A stretch of 64,000 nucleotides of DNA from Candidatus Enterousia sp. (GCA_045546195.1 JAZQCH010000008.1:7481-71480), one strand, 5' to 3'; counted from the stretch's first letter, positions 8,193-16,987 are shown. Made by a program: numbers and translations. Notes: a model not told the origin generated them from the letters alone.

Positions 8193-8915
8193 TTAGTATA
8201 TTTTTGAATCCCGTAAGTGTTTAAGTATTTGTTCTTGGGTGCGCAATTGGCATTGGGCCATATATTCTGTGTATGCGCGTTTGTCGCCACTGGCGCGGGA
8301 TTGCAGGGCCTGGATATAGGCGGATTTGTCACTGCGTTTGTTAAACGCGATTGGGCGATAGCCATTTTGTAGTAACAGCCAATTCATAATCATGCGGGCG
8401 GTGCGCTTGTTAAAGTCATCAAATGGCTGTAACATAATTATTTCGTAATGCACATCATAGGCACGGGTCAAAATATCGCGCGTAGAATGATTCATACGAT
8501 AAATAATTTGGCGCAGTTCATAGTCGATTACGCTGTAATCAGGGGCGTTGTATGTCATGCCATCGATGCTCATACGCAGTTTGCAGTTCGTCGTGCGAAA
8601 GTTATAGCCATCAATATTTGTATTTGAACACAGTTTTGCGTGGATGATGCGGATATCTTCGATATTTATTTCCAGTGCTTTGTTTTCCATAATGTAATCA
8701 TATGTAGTGGCGATGTTTGACATGCTGGTTTCATCCAGGTTCGCCTTGGATACTGGGCATAACATTTGGGGTTCTTCAAAGGCAATTTGACGACGTAACC
8801 AGTTCAGGTTGTTTGTGCGTTTGACCGAAGAAAAACTGTCAAAGCATGTGTCCAGTTCCGCGCGTTTTAGCGCGATTTGCTGCTTGGTCGTTAAAGTTGG
8901 TTTGTGTGGTGCCAT
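8193..8915 (-). CDS. Fic-fold protein with degenerate active-site motif
   Basis: HYEIIMLQPFDDFNKRTARMIMNWLLLQNGYRPI aligns to the Fic core HPFx[DE]GNGRxxR. The catalytic His is Gln and GNG is FNK. Confidence 0.7.
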   Translation of the reverse strand: MAPHKPTLTTKQQIALKRAELDTCFDSFSSVKRTNNLNWLRRQIAFEEPQMLCPVSKANLDETSMSNIATTYDYIMENKALEINIEDIRIIHAKLCSNTNIDGYNFRTTNCKLRMSIDGMTYNAPDYSVIDYELRQIIYRMNHSTRDILTRAYDVHYEIIMLQPFDDFNKRTARMIMNWLLLQNGYRPIAFNKRSDKSAYIQALQSRASGDKRAYTEYMAQCQLRTQEQILKHLRDSKIY

Positions 8916-9066
8916 TGTGAACAACCTCTTTTATTTATTATAAATATAGCCCATAAAAATAATTTGTCAAGTTTTTGTGTGGTTTTTGTGTTGGGGGTAA
9001 AATTCGGGTTGAACGTGGGCGCGAATTGTTCTATGCTGGGGTATCGGAAAATGAAAGGGTGTATCT

Positions 9067-10479
9067 ATGTTCAAGAATTTAGTTGTTTTTATGATGTTGT
9101 TGTTGCCGGTCGTGGATTGTCTGGCCGCGCCGAAAAAGAAAAAGGAAGAACCGGTTGTACATCTGACCGATGAACAGATATATGAAGAGTTGAAAAAACT
9201 GGCGCTGGTGTTCGAAGTGGCGCGTGATAATTTTGTCGAAGAAGCAGATGAAAAAAAGATGTTAGAGGCCGCAATGAACGGCATGTTGGGTGCGCTGGAC
9301 CCGCATTCTTCGTATTTATCAGCGGATGATTTCAAGGAATTTAATGATAAATCACATGGTGAATTTGGTGGATTGGGTATTCAGATTACCAGCGATCGCG
9401 GTGCGGTGCGCGTGATTTCGCCAATTGATGATACCCCCGCGGACAAGGCGGGGATTAAGGCAGGGGACTATATTACCCATATTGATGGTGAACAGGTCTT
9501 TGATTTGACATTGAATCAGGCAGTCAAGAAAATGAAGGGACGGCCCGGTACCAAAGTTAAATTAACGGTTGTTTCCGATGATGGTGAACCACGCGAAATG
9601 ACCCTGAAACGTGCGATTATCAAGGTCGAATCGGTCAAACATGATACAAAAATGTTGGCGGATGCCGACCCAGATGATAAGGAAACACCAAAGGTTGGGT
9701 ATATCAGAATTTCTGACTTTGGTGCGACGACATCGCGTGATTTGAACAAGGCGATAAAAGAACTGGAAAAGGACAAGGTTGTCGGTTATGTCGTTGATGT
9801 GCGTAATAATCCAGGTGGGTATCTGACGGCGGCGATTGATGTGTCGGATGCGTTCTTGGATGGTGGGGAAATTGTGTCAACCCGTGGCAAGGAAAAGACA
9901 GACATTGAACGTGTGTTCGCAAAACCAGGCGATATGGTTAATGGGAAACCGGTTGTGGTGCTGATTAACCATGGGTCGGCATCGGCGTCTGAAATTGTGG
10001 CGGGCGCATTACAGGATAATGGGCGCGGTTTGGTTATGGGGTCGCAATCGTTCGGCAAGGGCAGTGTGCAGCAGCAAAAGCCACTGGGGGATGGAACGGC
10101 GATTCATATCACGATTGCGCGGTACTATACACCGTCGGGACGGTCGATTCAAAACGAAGGTATTACCCCGGATATAGAGGTTTTACATTCCAAGGTTGAG
10201 GTTCTGGAAAAGAAGGAAAGTATGTATTCCGAGGCGTCGTTCAAAAATTCGCTGAAAAATGACAAGGCGAAAAAGAAGGACAAGAAAAAGTCTGACAAGG
10301 ATAACAAAGATTCTGATGACGAAGAAACGCCATTTGAAGATTTGACGGACGAAGAAAAAGATGCCCGCGACTATCAATTACAGCGCGCAATGGAAATGGT
10401 GATTGCCATGGATACGGTTAAGTCACGCAGTATTTCCAGTCCGACTGATGTCGAAGTAGCGGATGAAACGGATGAATAA
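9067..10479 (+). CDS. ctpA: Carboxy-terminal processing protease (S41)
   Basis: Signal peptide, PDZ region (GLGIQI..PADKAGIKAGDYI), S41 core VVLINHGSASASEIVAGALQDNGRGLVMGSQSFGKGSVQ, and a K/D/E-rich tail. Confidence 0.9.
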   Translation: MFKNLVVFMMLLLPVVDCLAAPKKKKEEPVVHLTDEQIYEELKKLALVFEVARDNFVEEADEKKMLEAAMNGMLGALDPHSSYLSADDFKEFNDKSHGEFGGLGIQITSDRGAVRVISPIDDTPADKAGIKAGDYITHIDGEQVFDLTLNQAVKKMKGRPGTKVKLTVVSDDGEPREMTLKRAIIKVESVKHDTKMLADADPDDKETPKVGYIRISDFGATTSRDLNKAIKELEKDKVVGYVVDVRNNPGGYLTAAIDVSDAFLDGGEIVSTRGKEKTDIERVFAKPGDMVNGKPVVVLINHGSASASEIVAGALQDNGRGLVMGSQSFGKGSVQQQKPLGDGTAIHITIARYYTPSGRSIQNEGITPDIEVLHSKVEVLEKKESMYSEASFKNSLKNDKAKKKDKKKSDKDNKDSDDEETPFEDLTDEEKDARDYQLQRAMEMVIAMDTVKSRSISSPTDVEVADETDE

Positions 10480-10482
10480 TCC

Positions 10483-10509
10483 AAGGGGGCGAAAAAGCCC
10501 CCCTTTTTT
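10483..10509 (+). terminator. Intrinsic terminator after ctpA
   Basis: AAGGGGGC-GAAAAA-GCCCCCCTTTTTT. Confidence 0.75.
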
Positions 10510-10521
10510 GTTTGATAAATC

Positions 10522-10550
10522 TTGCCATTGTATGTTTTTGGGGGTACAAT
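10522..10550 (+). promoter_or_regulatory. Candidate promoter of the PFOR gene
   Basis: TTGCCA-N17-TACAAT, 38 nt upstream of the ATG. Confidence 0.4.
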
Positions 10551-10587
10551 TGGGGCATTGTGTTAAATTGGTAAAAGGAAAGTTATT

Positions 10588-13500
10588 ATGTCTAAATTGA
10601 TTGTTGATGGAAACTGGGCGGCGGCGGATGTTGCGTACAGATGTGTCGATTTTGCGGCGATTTATCCAATTACCCCCAGCAGTACTATGGGTGAATTGGC
10701 AGATGAGTGGTCGTTTCAGCATAAAAAGAATATTTGGGGTGCGCAGCCGCAGATTATAGAAATGCAGTCCGAAGCGGGGGCGGCCGGTGCGATGCATGGC
10801 GCATTACAGATGGGCAGTTTGGCAACAACTTTTACTGCGTCCCAGGGACTGCTGCTGATGATTCCGAATATGTATAAAATTGCGGGTGAACAGACACCGT
10901 TTGTTATGCATGTGGCGGCGCGTGCGCTGGCAACACATGCGTTGTCGATTTTTGGTGACCACAGTGATGTTATGTCGGTGCGATCAACCGGGTTTGCGAT
11001 GTTGTCATCACACAATGTTCAACAGGCACACGATATGGCGGCAATTGCGCATGCGGCAACTTTGCGGGCGCGTGTGCCGTTTTTACATTTCTTTGACGGG
11101 TTCCGTACCAGCCACGAAGAATCACGTCTGACGCGCATACCGGATGAAGTGCTGGAAAAAATGATTCCTGAAAAATTGGTGTTGGAAAATCGGGCGCGTG
11201 GTATGACGCCGGATAAACCAACTATTCGTGGAACCGCGCAAAATCCAGACGTATATTTCCAGGGGCGCGAAGCGGCAAATCCGCTGTATGAAAAAACACC
11301 AGAAATTGTTCAAGGGTGTATGGATGAATTTGCGGAACTGACCGGGCGTAAATATAACCTGGTGGATTATGTGGGGGATGAAAACGCAGAATTTGTTATT
11401 GTCGCCATGGGCAGTGCGTGCGAGACGATTGAAGAAACATTGCCACATCTGCCACGCGGATTGGGATTGGTCAAGGTGCATCTGTATCGTCCGTTCCCGG
11501 TTGATGCGTTTCGTCGTGTGTTGCCAAAATCTGTGCGCGCAATTGCCGTTCTGGACCGTACCAAGGAACCGGGCAGTATTGGTGAACCACTGTACCAGGA
11601 TGTGAAATCCGTTGTGGCGGATGGTGTTGCCGTGTTTGGTGGGCGATATGGTCTGGGGTCCAAAGAATTTAAGCCGCGCGATGTCAAGGCGATTTATGAA
11701 AACCTGATGCGGGGACAATTACATCATAACTTTACGGTCGGAATTGATGATGATTTGATGGGGTTATCGTTAAAGACTGACCCGGCGTTCGCAGTCGAAG
11801 ACCCGAATTTCAAGACCGCTATTTTATATGGTATCGGCAGTGATGGTACCGTCGGCGCGGTAAAAAATATTGTTAAGATTGTTGGGGAAAATTCTGATTT
11901 ATATCCGCAGTCTTATGCCGTGTATGATTCCAAGAAATCAGGCGGGTTGACCGCATCACATATTCGTTTTTCAGATGCGCCGATTAAAAGTCAGTACTTG
12001 GTCGAAGTGGCGGACTTTATCAGTGTTTCAAACTTTATGATTGCGCAACGGTTTGATGTGTTCCGTGGTCTGCGTGCGGGTGGTACGGTGATGATTAACA
12101 CATCGATGGCGCCAGATGTTGCGTTTGCGAATTTACCGCGTGATACCCAGGAACATTTGATGCGGATTCGTGCGAATGTGTATTTCTTGGATGCGAATCG
12201 TGCGGCGGCGGAATTGGGTTTGGGCAATCGTATCAATACATTTATTATGTTGAACTTCTTTAATCTGACCAATGTTATCGACCCGGCCCAGGCCGCAATC
12301 AGTGCCAAGGCAGCAATCGAAAAAACATATAAAAAGAAGGGCATGGATGTTGTTCAGGCAAACTGGGCGGCGGTGGACAGGGCTGCGGAATTTTTACATA
12401 AATTTGACATGCCGTCATCTGTGTCGAATTTCGCACCGGATTTCGTGCCGGCTATGACATTGGATACGCCGGCGGAAATTGCGGGAACGTTGGGTGAAAT
12501 GGCGGCGCAGCGTGGTGATGCGATTCCGGTTTCGCGTTTCCGTGTTGATGGTGAATTTGGCGCAGGGCAGTATCCGGTTGGAACATCCAAGTATGAAAAA
12601 CGTGCGATTTCAGAACGCGTCGCAACCGTTGATATTGATAAATGTATCCAGTGTGGTAAATGTTCAATGCTGTGCCCACATGCGGTTATTCGGATTAAGG
12701 CTTTGACCGTAGACCAGGTAGAAGATGCGCGTGCCAAGGGTATCAAGGTTGTGCCAATGAAAACACCAGAACTGGGGCCAGATATGTATTTCACAATCAA
12801 TATTTCGCCGGCGGACTGTACGGGATGTAATGTTTGTGTAAAAAATTGTCCGACGGGTGCGTTGTCTATGGTGCCGGCACGCGATGTAATGGCGGATAAT
12901 CAGGCGGCATTTAATGCGGCGGAAAAATTGCCGGATATTCCACGCGAAAAATTAAACCTGAATATTCCAAAGCATGTGGAATTGTTGCCACATTACTTTG
13001 AATTTCCGGGTGCGTGTGCGGGATGTGGTGAAACGCCGTATGTGAAATTGTTGTCGCACCTGTTTGGGGAACGTATGGTTGTTGCCAATGCGACGGGATG
13101 TTCGTCGATTTATGGGGCGAATTTGCCGACAACGCCATGGACACGCGACGCAAATGGGCGTGGGCCGGCGTGGTCAAATTCGCTGTTCGAAGATAATGCC
13201 GAATATGGTCTGGGTATGCGTTTGGCATTGAACCAGAAACGCGATAACCTGCGGGCGTTGTTGTTCGAATTGGGAATTGAAAATGTCGAAGATATATTCG
13301 ATGAAACCGATGTCGCAAAACAGCGTGCGTTGGAAACAGAGTTGCGCGCGCAATTGGCGAAAATCGACGGACCACGCGCGCGATTGGCGGAAAGCCTGAT
13401 TGGTGAAGTCGTTGATAAATCTGTATGGATTATCGGGGGCGATGGCTGGGCGTATGATATTGGCTATGGTGGTGTTGACCATATTTTACACAGTGGTGAA

Positions 13501-14097
13501 AATGTGAATATATTGGTTTTGGATACCGAAGGGTATTCGAATACCGGTGGTCAGCAATCTAAGTCCACGCCGTTTGGTGCCAGTATGAAATTCGCAATTG
13601 GCGGTAAAGAACATGCCAAAAAAGATTTAGGTATGATTGCGATGATGAGTGGCGCATATGTTGCCCAAATTGCGCTGGGGGCAAATCAGGCCCAGGCAAT
13701 ACGCGCATTCCGCGAAGCGGCATCGTTCAATGGCCCATCAATCATATTGGCGTATGCGCCATGTATTGCGCATGGGTTCGCGCTGCAAAATGGTGTTGAA
13801 CACCAGATGCAGATGGTCCAGACCGGTGCGTGGCCACTGTTCCGATTTGACCCGCGATTGATTGCGGATGGACATAATCCGTTGACCATGGATTCAAATG
13901 TTGATAATCCGTTGCCGTTGGAAGATTTCTTGAAAACAGAATCGCGTTTCGGTGCGGCGCGCGCGGCAAATCCACAGTTTAATAAACTGGTTGATATGGC
14001 CAAGGCAAACAATGCGTATAAAAGCGAATTGAAAAAACATATTGCGCAGTTCGCAATGCTGAATAAACCAGTTGTCAAAGAAAATGGGGAAGGCTAA
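10588..14097 (+). CDS. nifJ: Pyruvate:ferredoxin (flavodoxin) oxidoreductase, single-chain
   Basis: 1169 aa. N-terminus ..DGNWAAADVAYR..AIYPITPSS, two ferredoxin motifs CIQCGKCSMLCPH and CTGCNVCVKNCP, TPP-binding GGDGWAYDIGYGG. Confidence 0.95.
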   Translation: MSKLIVDGNWAAADVAYRCVDFAAIYPITPSSTMGELADEWSFQHKKNIWGAQPQIIEMQSEAGAAGAMHGALQMGSLATTFTASQGLLLMIPNMYKIAGEQTPFVMHVAARALATHALSIFGDHSDVMSVRSTGFAMLSSHNVQQAHDMAAIAHAATLRARVPFLHFFDGFRTSHEESRLTRIPDEVLEKMIPEKLVLENRARGMTPDKPTIRGTAQNPDVYFQGREAANPLYEKTPEIVQGCMDEFAELTGRKYNLVDYVGDENAEFVIVAMGSACETIEETLPHLPRGLGLVKVHLYRPFPVDAFRRVLPKSVRAIAVLDRTKEPGSIGEPLYQDVKSVVADGVAVFGGRYGLGSKEFKPRDVKAIYENLMRGQLHHNFTVGIDDDLMGLSLKTDPAFAVEDPNFKTAILYGIGSDGTVGAVKNIVKIVGENSDLYPQSYAVYDSKKSGGLTASHIRFSDAPIKSQYLVEVADFISVSNFMIAQRFDVFRGLRAGGTVMINTSMAPDVAFANLPRDTQEHLMRIRANVYFLDANRAAAELGLGNRINTFIMLNFFNLTNVIDPAQAAISAKAAIEKTYKKKGMDVVQANWAAVDRAAEFLHKFDMPSSVSNFAPDFVPAMTLDTPAEIAGTLGEMAAQRGDAIPVSRFRVDGEFGAGQYPVGTSKYEKRAISERVATVDIDKCIQCGKCSMLCPHAVIRIKALTVDQVEDARAKGIKVVPMKTPELGPDMYFTINISPADCTGCNVCVKNCPTGALSMVPARDVMADNQAAFNAAEKLPDIPREKLNLNIPKHVELLPHYFEFPGACAGCGETPYVKLLSHLFGERMVVANATGCSSIYGANLPTTPWTRDANGRGPAWSNSLFEDNAEYGLGMRLALNQKRDNLRALLFELGIENVEDIFDETDVAKQRALETELRAQLAKIDGPRARLAESLIGEVVDKSVWIIGGDGWAYDIGYGGVDHILHSGENVNILVLDTEGYSNTGGQQSKSTPFGASMKFAIGGKEHAKKDLGMIAMMSGAYVAQIALGANQAQAIRAFREAASFNGPSIILAYAPCIAHGFALQNGVEHQMQMVQTGAWPLFRFDPRLIADGHNPLTMDSNVDNPLPLEDFLKTESRFGAARAANPQFNKLVDMAKANNAYKSELKKHIAQFAMLNKPVVKENGEG

Positions 14098-14099
14098 AG

Positions 14100-14528
14100 A
14101 TGAGAAAGATTGTTTTAGGTGCTGTGATTGTGTTGGCGGCCTGTACGTTTCAGACCAAGCATCGGGGTTATGTGTTCCCCGATGATTTGGCGGGCCAGGT
14201 TGCGGATATAAAAACGACATCGGCGCTGATTGAAAAAATTGGTGCGCCCCAGGTGAAAACCATGTATGGGGATGAAGTCTGGGTGTACTATGGCGCGGAT
14301 GAAAACTATCGCGGGCCATTGGCACCGACATTTACAGATGAAACGGTTTTGTTGGCGTGGGTGCGTGGGAATCGCGTATTGAAAACCCAGGTTTTACACG
14401 ATGCGGATTTGCCAGATGTCAAGATTGCCGAAGGTGAAACAGAAATCCCGGCGGCGATTGAATTAAACGCAATCGAAGAATTGTTTAACAATATTGGTCG
14501 ATTCAGCCCGGCGGGACTGGGACAATAA
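14100..14528 (+). CDS. bamE: Outer-membrane assembly lipoprotein BamE (SmpA/OmlA)
   Basis: Lipobox VLAAC, then HRGYVFPDD...IEKIGAPQ....YGDEVWVYY, typical of alphaproteobacterial BamE. Confidence 0.7.
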   Translation: MRKIVLGAVIVLAACTFQTKHRGYVFPDDLAGQVADIKTTSALIEKIGAPQVKTMYGDEVWVYYGADENYRGPLAPTFTDETVLLAWVRGNRVLKTQVLHDADLPDVKIAEGETEIPAAIELNAIEELFNNIGRFSPAGLGQ

Positions 14529-14598
14529 AAAATCCCCGCCGACGTCCACCCACGCAAACGTTCGTTTGCGCGGGGCCCGGTTGTCGGCGGGGTTTTTT
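14527..14598 (+). repeat. Terminator hairpin carrying a conserved palindromic core (family copy 1 of 4)
   Basis: Outer stem CCCCGCCGAC/GTCGGCGGGG plus T-run. Inner core TCCACCCACGCAAACGTTCGTTTGCGCGGGGCCCGG recurs at 16921, 47463 and 51130. Confidence 0.8.
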
Positions 14599-14646
14599 AA
14601 TATGAAAAATATCATTGCGAAAAATCGCGCAAAGTGCTAAAATATA

Positions 14647-14780
14647 TGGCATAGAGCAGAAAAAACAATGCCGAAAAAAAAGGGACGATTAGATTCGGCA
14701 TAATTCTACAAAGTAATTTCCCAGATTTTCGCATAATTTGACTCCCCATTATTTGCCTAAAAAAAACGTCGGTTTGGGTG
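14647..14780 (+). promoter_or_regulatory. Conserved 5' module, copy A (upstream region plus first codons of the 14738 ORF)
   Basis: 14671-14780 aligns ungapped to 27593-27702 with 4 differences in 110 nt. Hairpin TGCCGAA-N18-TTCGGCA, two A8 tracts. A possible promoter TTGCGA-N17-TAAAAT sits at 14615-14643. Confidence 0.7.
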
Positions 14781-16054
14781 CGGCAATGCCTGCGTTTGCG
14801 GATACATTTCCATCAAACGGATATATGTTGGAAAACAAGACCTATGTCAATGCGGCAACACAACAAAACATTGGCGTGTATGACGGCACGGTGACCGCAA
14901 CCGCGGAATACGAAGATATCCTGTATCAAATTGGTGCGGGAATGTACCTGCCCGCGGGGTCGGTTGATGCGGAACAATGCCCCGCCAACAGTTATTGCCC
15001 GGGTTTGACGGACGCAACATACAACGAAAGCGCGGCCCAGGGTGCAACATCGTGCCCGTCGGGTTATCCAAATTCCGCCGCGGGCGCGTCGTCAAACACG
15101 CAATGCTATACCACATGTACGGTAAATTCGGCGAATATTGAACATGCAACGGCGGTGGCTGGTAATGATTATTACAACACCGACGCAGATACATGTTCCG
15201 CCACCGCGTGTGAAAACGGATATCATGTAAATGAAACAACGGGGATTGTCGAACAAACACCATTGATTGATGTTGATTATACCGTGGCGGGTAATGGTTG
15301 GGGGTATATCAGTGCCGACGGCAGCAAAACCTCTAAGGCCGATACATATGGCCTGACTGAATACAATACATGGGCGTCGAAATTTGGTTATGGTGTTGTG
15401 TATGGTCGCGCCAGTTGCCAATCAACACTGCATGACCCCGGCCTTGAATATATAATGGCGAATCAAAGTGGGGTGCTGAACGCGACAATGTCGCCGGATC
15501 AGGTTCGTTCGGATTTAACACCGATTGTTGGTGTGGCCAAGGCAAATTATTTTGCGGACATTGTTGCTGGCATTGCCGATGGTACCAAGGGCGAAGAAGA
15601 TTTCTGGGACGCCGTGTCTGTTGTATTTGGGAAGTTCAAGGATGCATTGTTCAGCACAACGGACACGGGTCAACATTGTTATTGCCAAATGACGGGGTTT
15701 AAATCGGGTTCGTCGTCTGTTGTTGACATTGCGTCGGCCCCGTGGGTGCTCTTCGGCGGCTACGACTCGGCGGACAAATGCGCGAACAGTTGTGCGAACA
15801 GTTGTGCATCCTACCTGCAGGGCGGTGGCACGTTTCATCGCGGGTTCCGTGGGGCGATGTACGGTGCGTTGGATTTTGTCGCCGGTGGCACATGCGCAGC
15901 GAACGAAATCACAATTAACTGGACGGACGCAACGGACGAAGATATTGCCGCAAACAACGCCGGTATGTGTACATACGGTGGTGATATCCGCACACCGGTC
16001 GCAGCCATGGAAAAACCGGGCAAAACGTTTGTTGGGTGGAAATTCAGCAAGTAA
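14738..16054 (+). CDS. Cys-rich secreted protein (family member 2), start uncertain
   Basis: The TTG start gives [21 protein letters not shown] as a weak signal peptide; an alternative ATG is at 14786. GVYDG..YED..Y..G.YLP..CPANSYCPG is shared with 16278. The C-terminal ..TINWTD..CTYGGDIRTPVAAMEKPGKTFVGWKF resembles the Listeria-Bacteroides repeat. Confidence 0.6.
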   Translation: MTPHYLPKKNVGLGAAMPAFADTFPSNGYMLENKTYVNAATQQNIGVYDGTVTATAEYEDILYQIGAGMYLPAGSVDAEQCPANSYCPGLTDATYNESAAQGATSCPSGYPNSAAGASSNTQCYTTCTVNSANIEHATAVAGNDYYNTDADTCSATACENGYHVNETTGIVEQTPLIDVDYTVAGNGWGYISADGSKTSKADTYGLTEYNTWASKFGYGVVYGRASCQSTLHDPGLEYIMANQSGVLNATMSPDQVRSDLTPIVGVAKANYFADIVAGIADGTKGEEDFWDAVSVVFGKFKDALFSTTDTGQHCYCQMTGFKSGSSSVVDIASAPWVLFGGYDSADKCANSCANSCASYLQGGGTFHRGFRGAMYGALDFVAGGTCAANEITINWTDATDEDIAANNAGMCTYGGDIRTPVAAMEKPGKTFVGWKFSK

Positions 16055-16143
16055 TTTCCGAACAACATACATCCCTGTGTGTGTTCGGGGGCAAACCCAC
16101 TTTTGCCACCCGGACACACGGGGGTCAGTGTGTCAATTAAAAA

Positions 16144-16256
16144 CCTTTGTCATTCCGTGGCTGGACCACGGAACCCAGGTAATGCGCGCAAAGCGCGCGC
16201 AAATAATAAAGATTTTATGACCTGGGTCCCGCGGTCCAGCCGCGGGATGACAAAGG
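16144..16256. repeat. Composite palindrome: two inverted 37-bp units, each itself a hairpin
   Basis: CCTTTGTCATTCCGTGGCTGGACCACGGAACCCAGGT (16144-16180) versus the reverse complement of 16220-16256: 33/37 identical. The 4 differences are two compensatory pairs inside the unit hairpin. Confidence 0.85.
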
Positions 16257-16277
16257 ATAGAAAAAGGTAAAATTGTT

Positions 16278-16922
16278 TTGGTGCGGTGGCGCGTGATTTT
16301 ATTATCGGCAATGCCGATAACAATGAACTGTTTCGCGGGGACGGATATAATCTTTGCCCCCGGCGCGGTCATACCAAACACATGCGTATTTAACAACACC
16401 GGCGTGTATGACGGTGCGTTTGTTATGGTACCGGTGTACGAAGATACGATATACACATGTGAACGCGGATACTATTTACCAATGGGGTTAGAGGTCTGCG
16501 CCATATGCCCCGAAAACAGTTATTGCCCCGGCGGGGAATACACATATTCTGAAACCGATGATACGGGTGTTAACCCATGTCCCGACGGCAGTGTTGCGCC
16601 CATTGGCATGTGGGACGCCGCACAATGCGGTCGCAAATTACACATCAGCGATGTGTATATCTATTTGCGTCGCGCGAAACAATCTGCGCCGTCGTTACAC
16701 ATTGATGTTGACGGTGACGGTACGGCGGATTACTTTGCGAATGCGACGACATACGATGTTGCGATGAACAAAGACACCGACCGTCGTTTGCGGATAAAAA
16801 TGGGTGATGTTGTGTATTCGGTTCACGACGACACGATTGACGGCACGGCATCAATGCCACGCGTCACACCGACAACCGAACCCGCCGAATCCACTGAACC
16901 CGTGGACGAACAATCACAATAA
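16278..16922 (+). CDS. Cys-rich secreted protein (family member 3)
   Basis: TTG/GTG start. NTGVYDGAFVMVPVYEDTIYTCERGYYLP..VCAICPENSYCPGG is homologous to the N-terminal module of 14738-16054. Confidence 0.6.
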   Translation: MVRWRVILLSAMPITMNCFAGTDIIFAPGAVIPNTCVFNNTGVYDGAFVMVPVYEDTIYTCERGYYLPMGLEVCAICPENSYCPGGEYTYSETDDTGVNPCPDGSVAPIGMWDAAQCGRKLHISDVYIYLRRAKQSAPSLHIDVDGDGTADYFANATTYDVAMNKDTDRRLRIKMGDVVYSVHDDTIDGTASMPRVTPTTEPAESTEPVDEQSQ

Positions 16923-16987
16923 AAATCCCGCCGATGTCCACCCACGCAAACATTCGTTTGCGCGGGGCCCGGATGCGGGATTTTTTA
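16921..16987. repeat. Terminator hairpin with conserved core (copy 2 of 4), between convergent genes
   Basis: AATCCCGC..GTCCACCCACGCAAACATTCGTTTGCGCGGGGCCCGG..GCGGGATTTTTT. Confidence 0.8.

Noticed and set aside
16079-16270. 63-aa ORF in the 16.1-kb intergenic region
   Set aside because: It is a translation of the composite palindrome (the two arms give VAGPRNPG / VPRSSRGM). Repeat-derived and not a gene.
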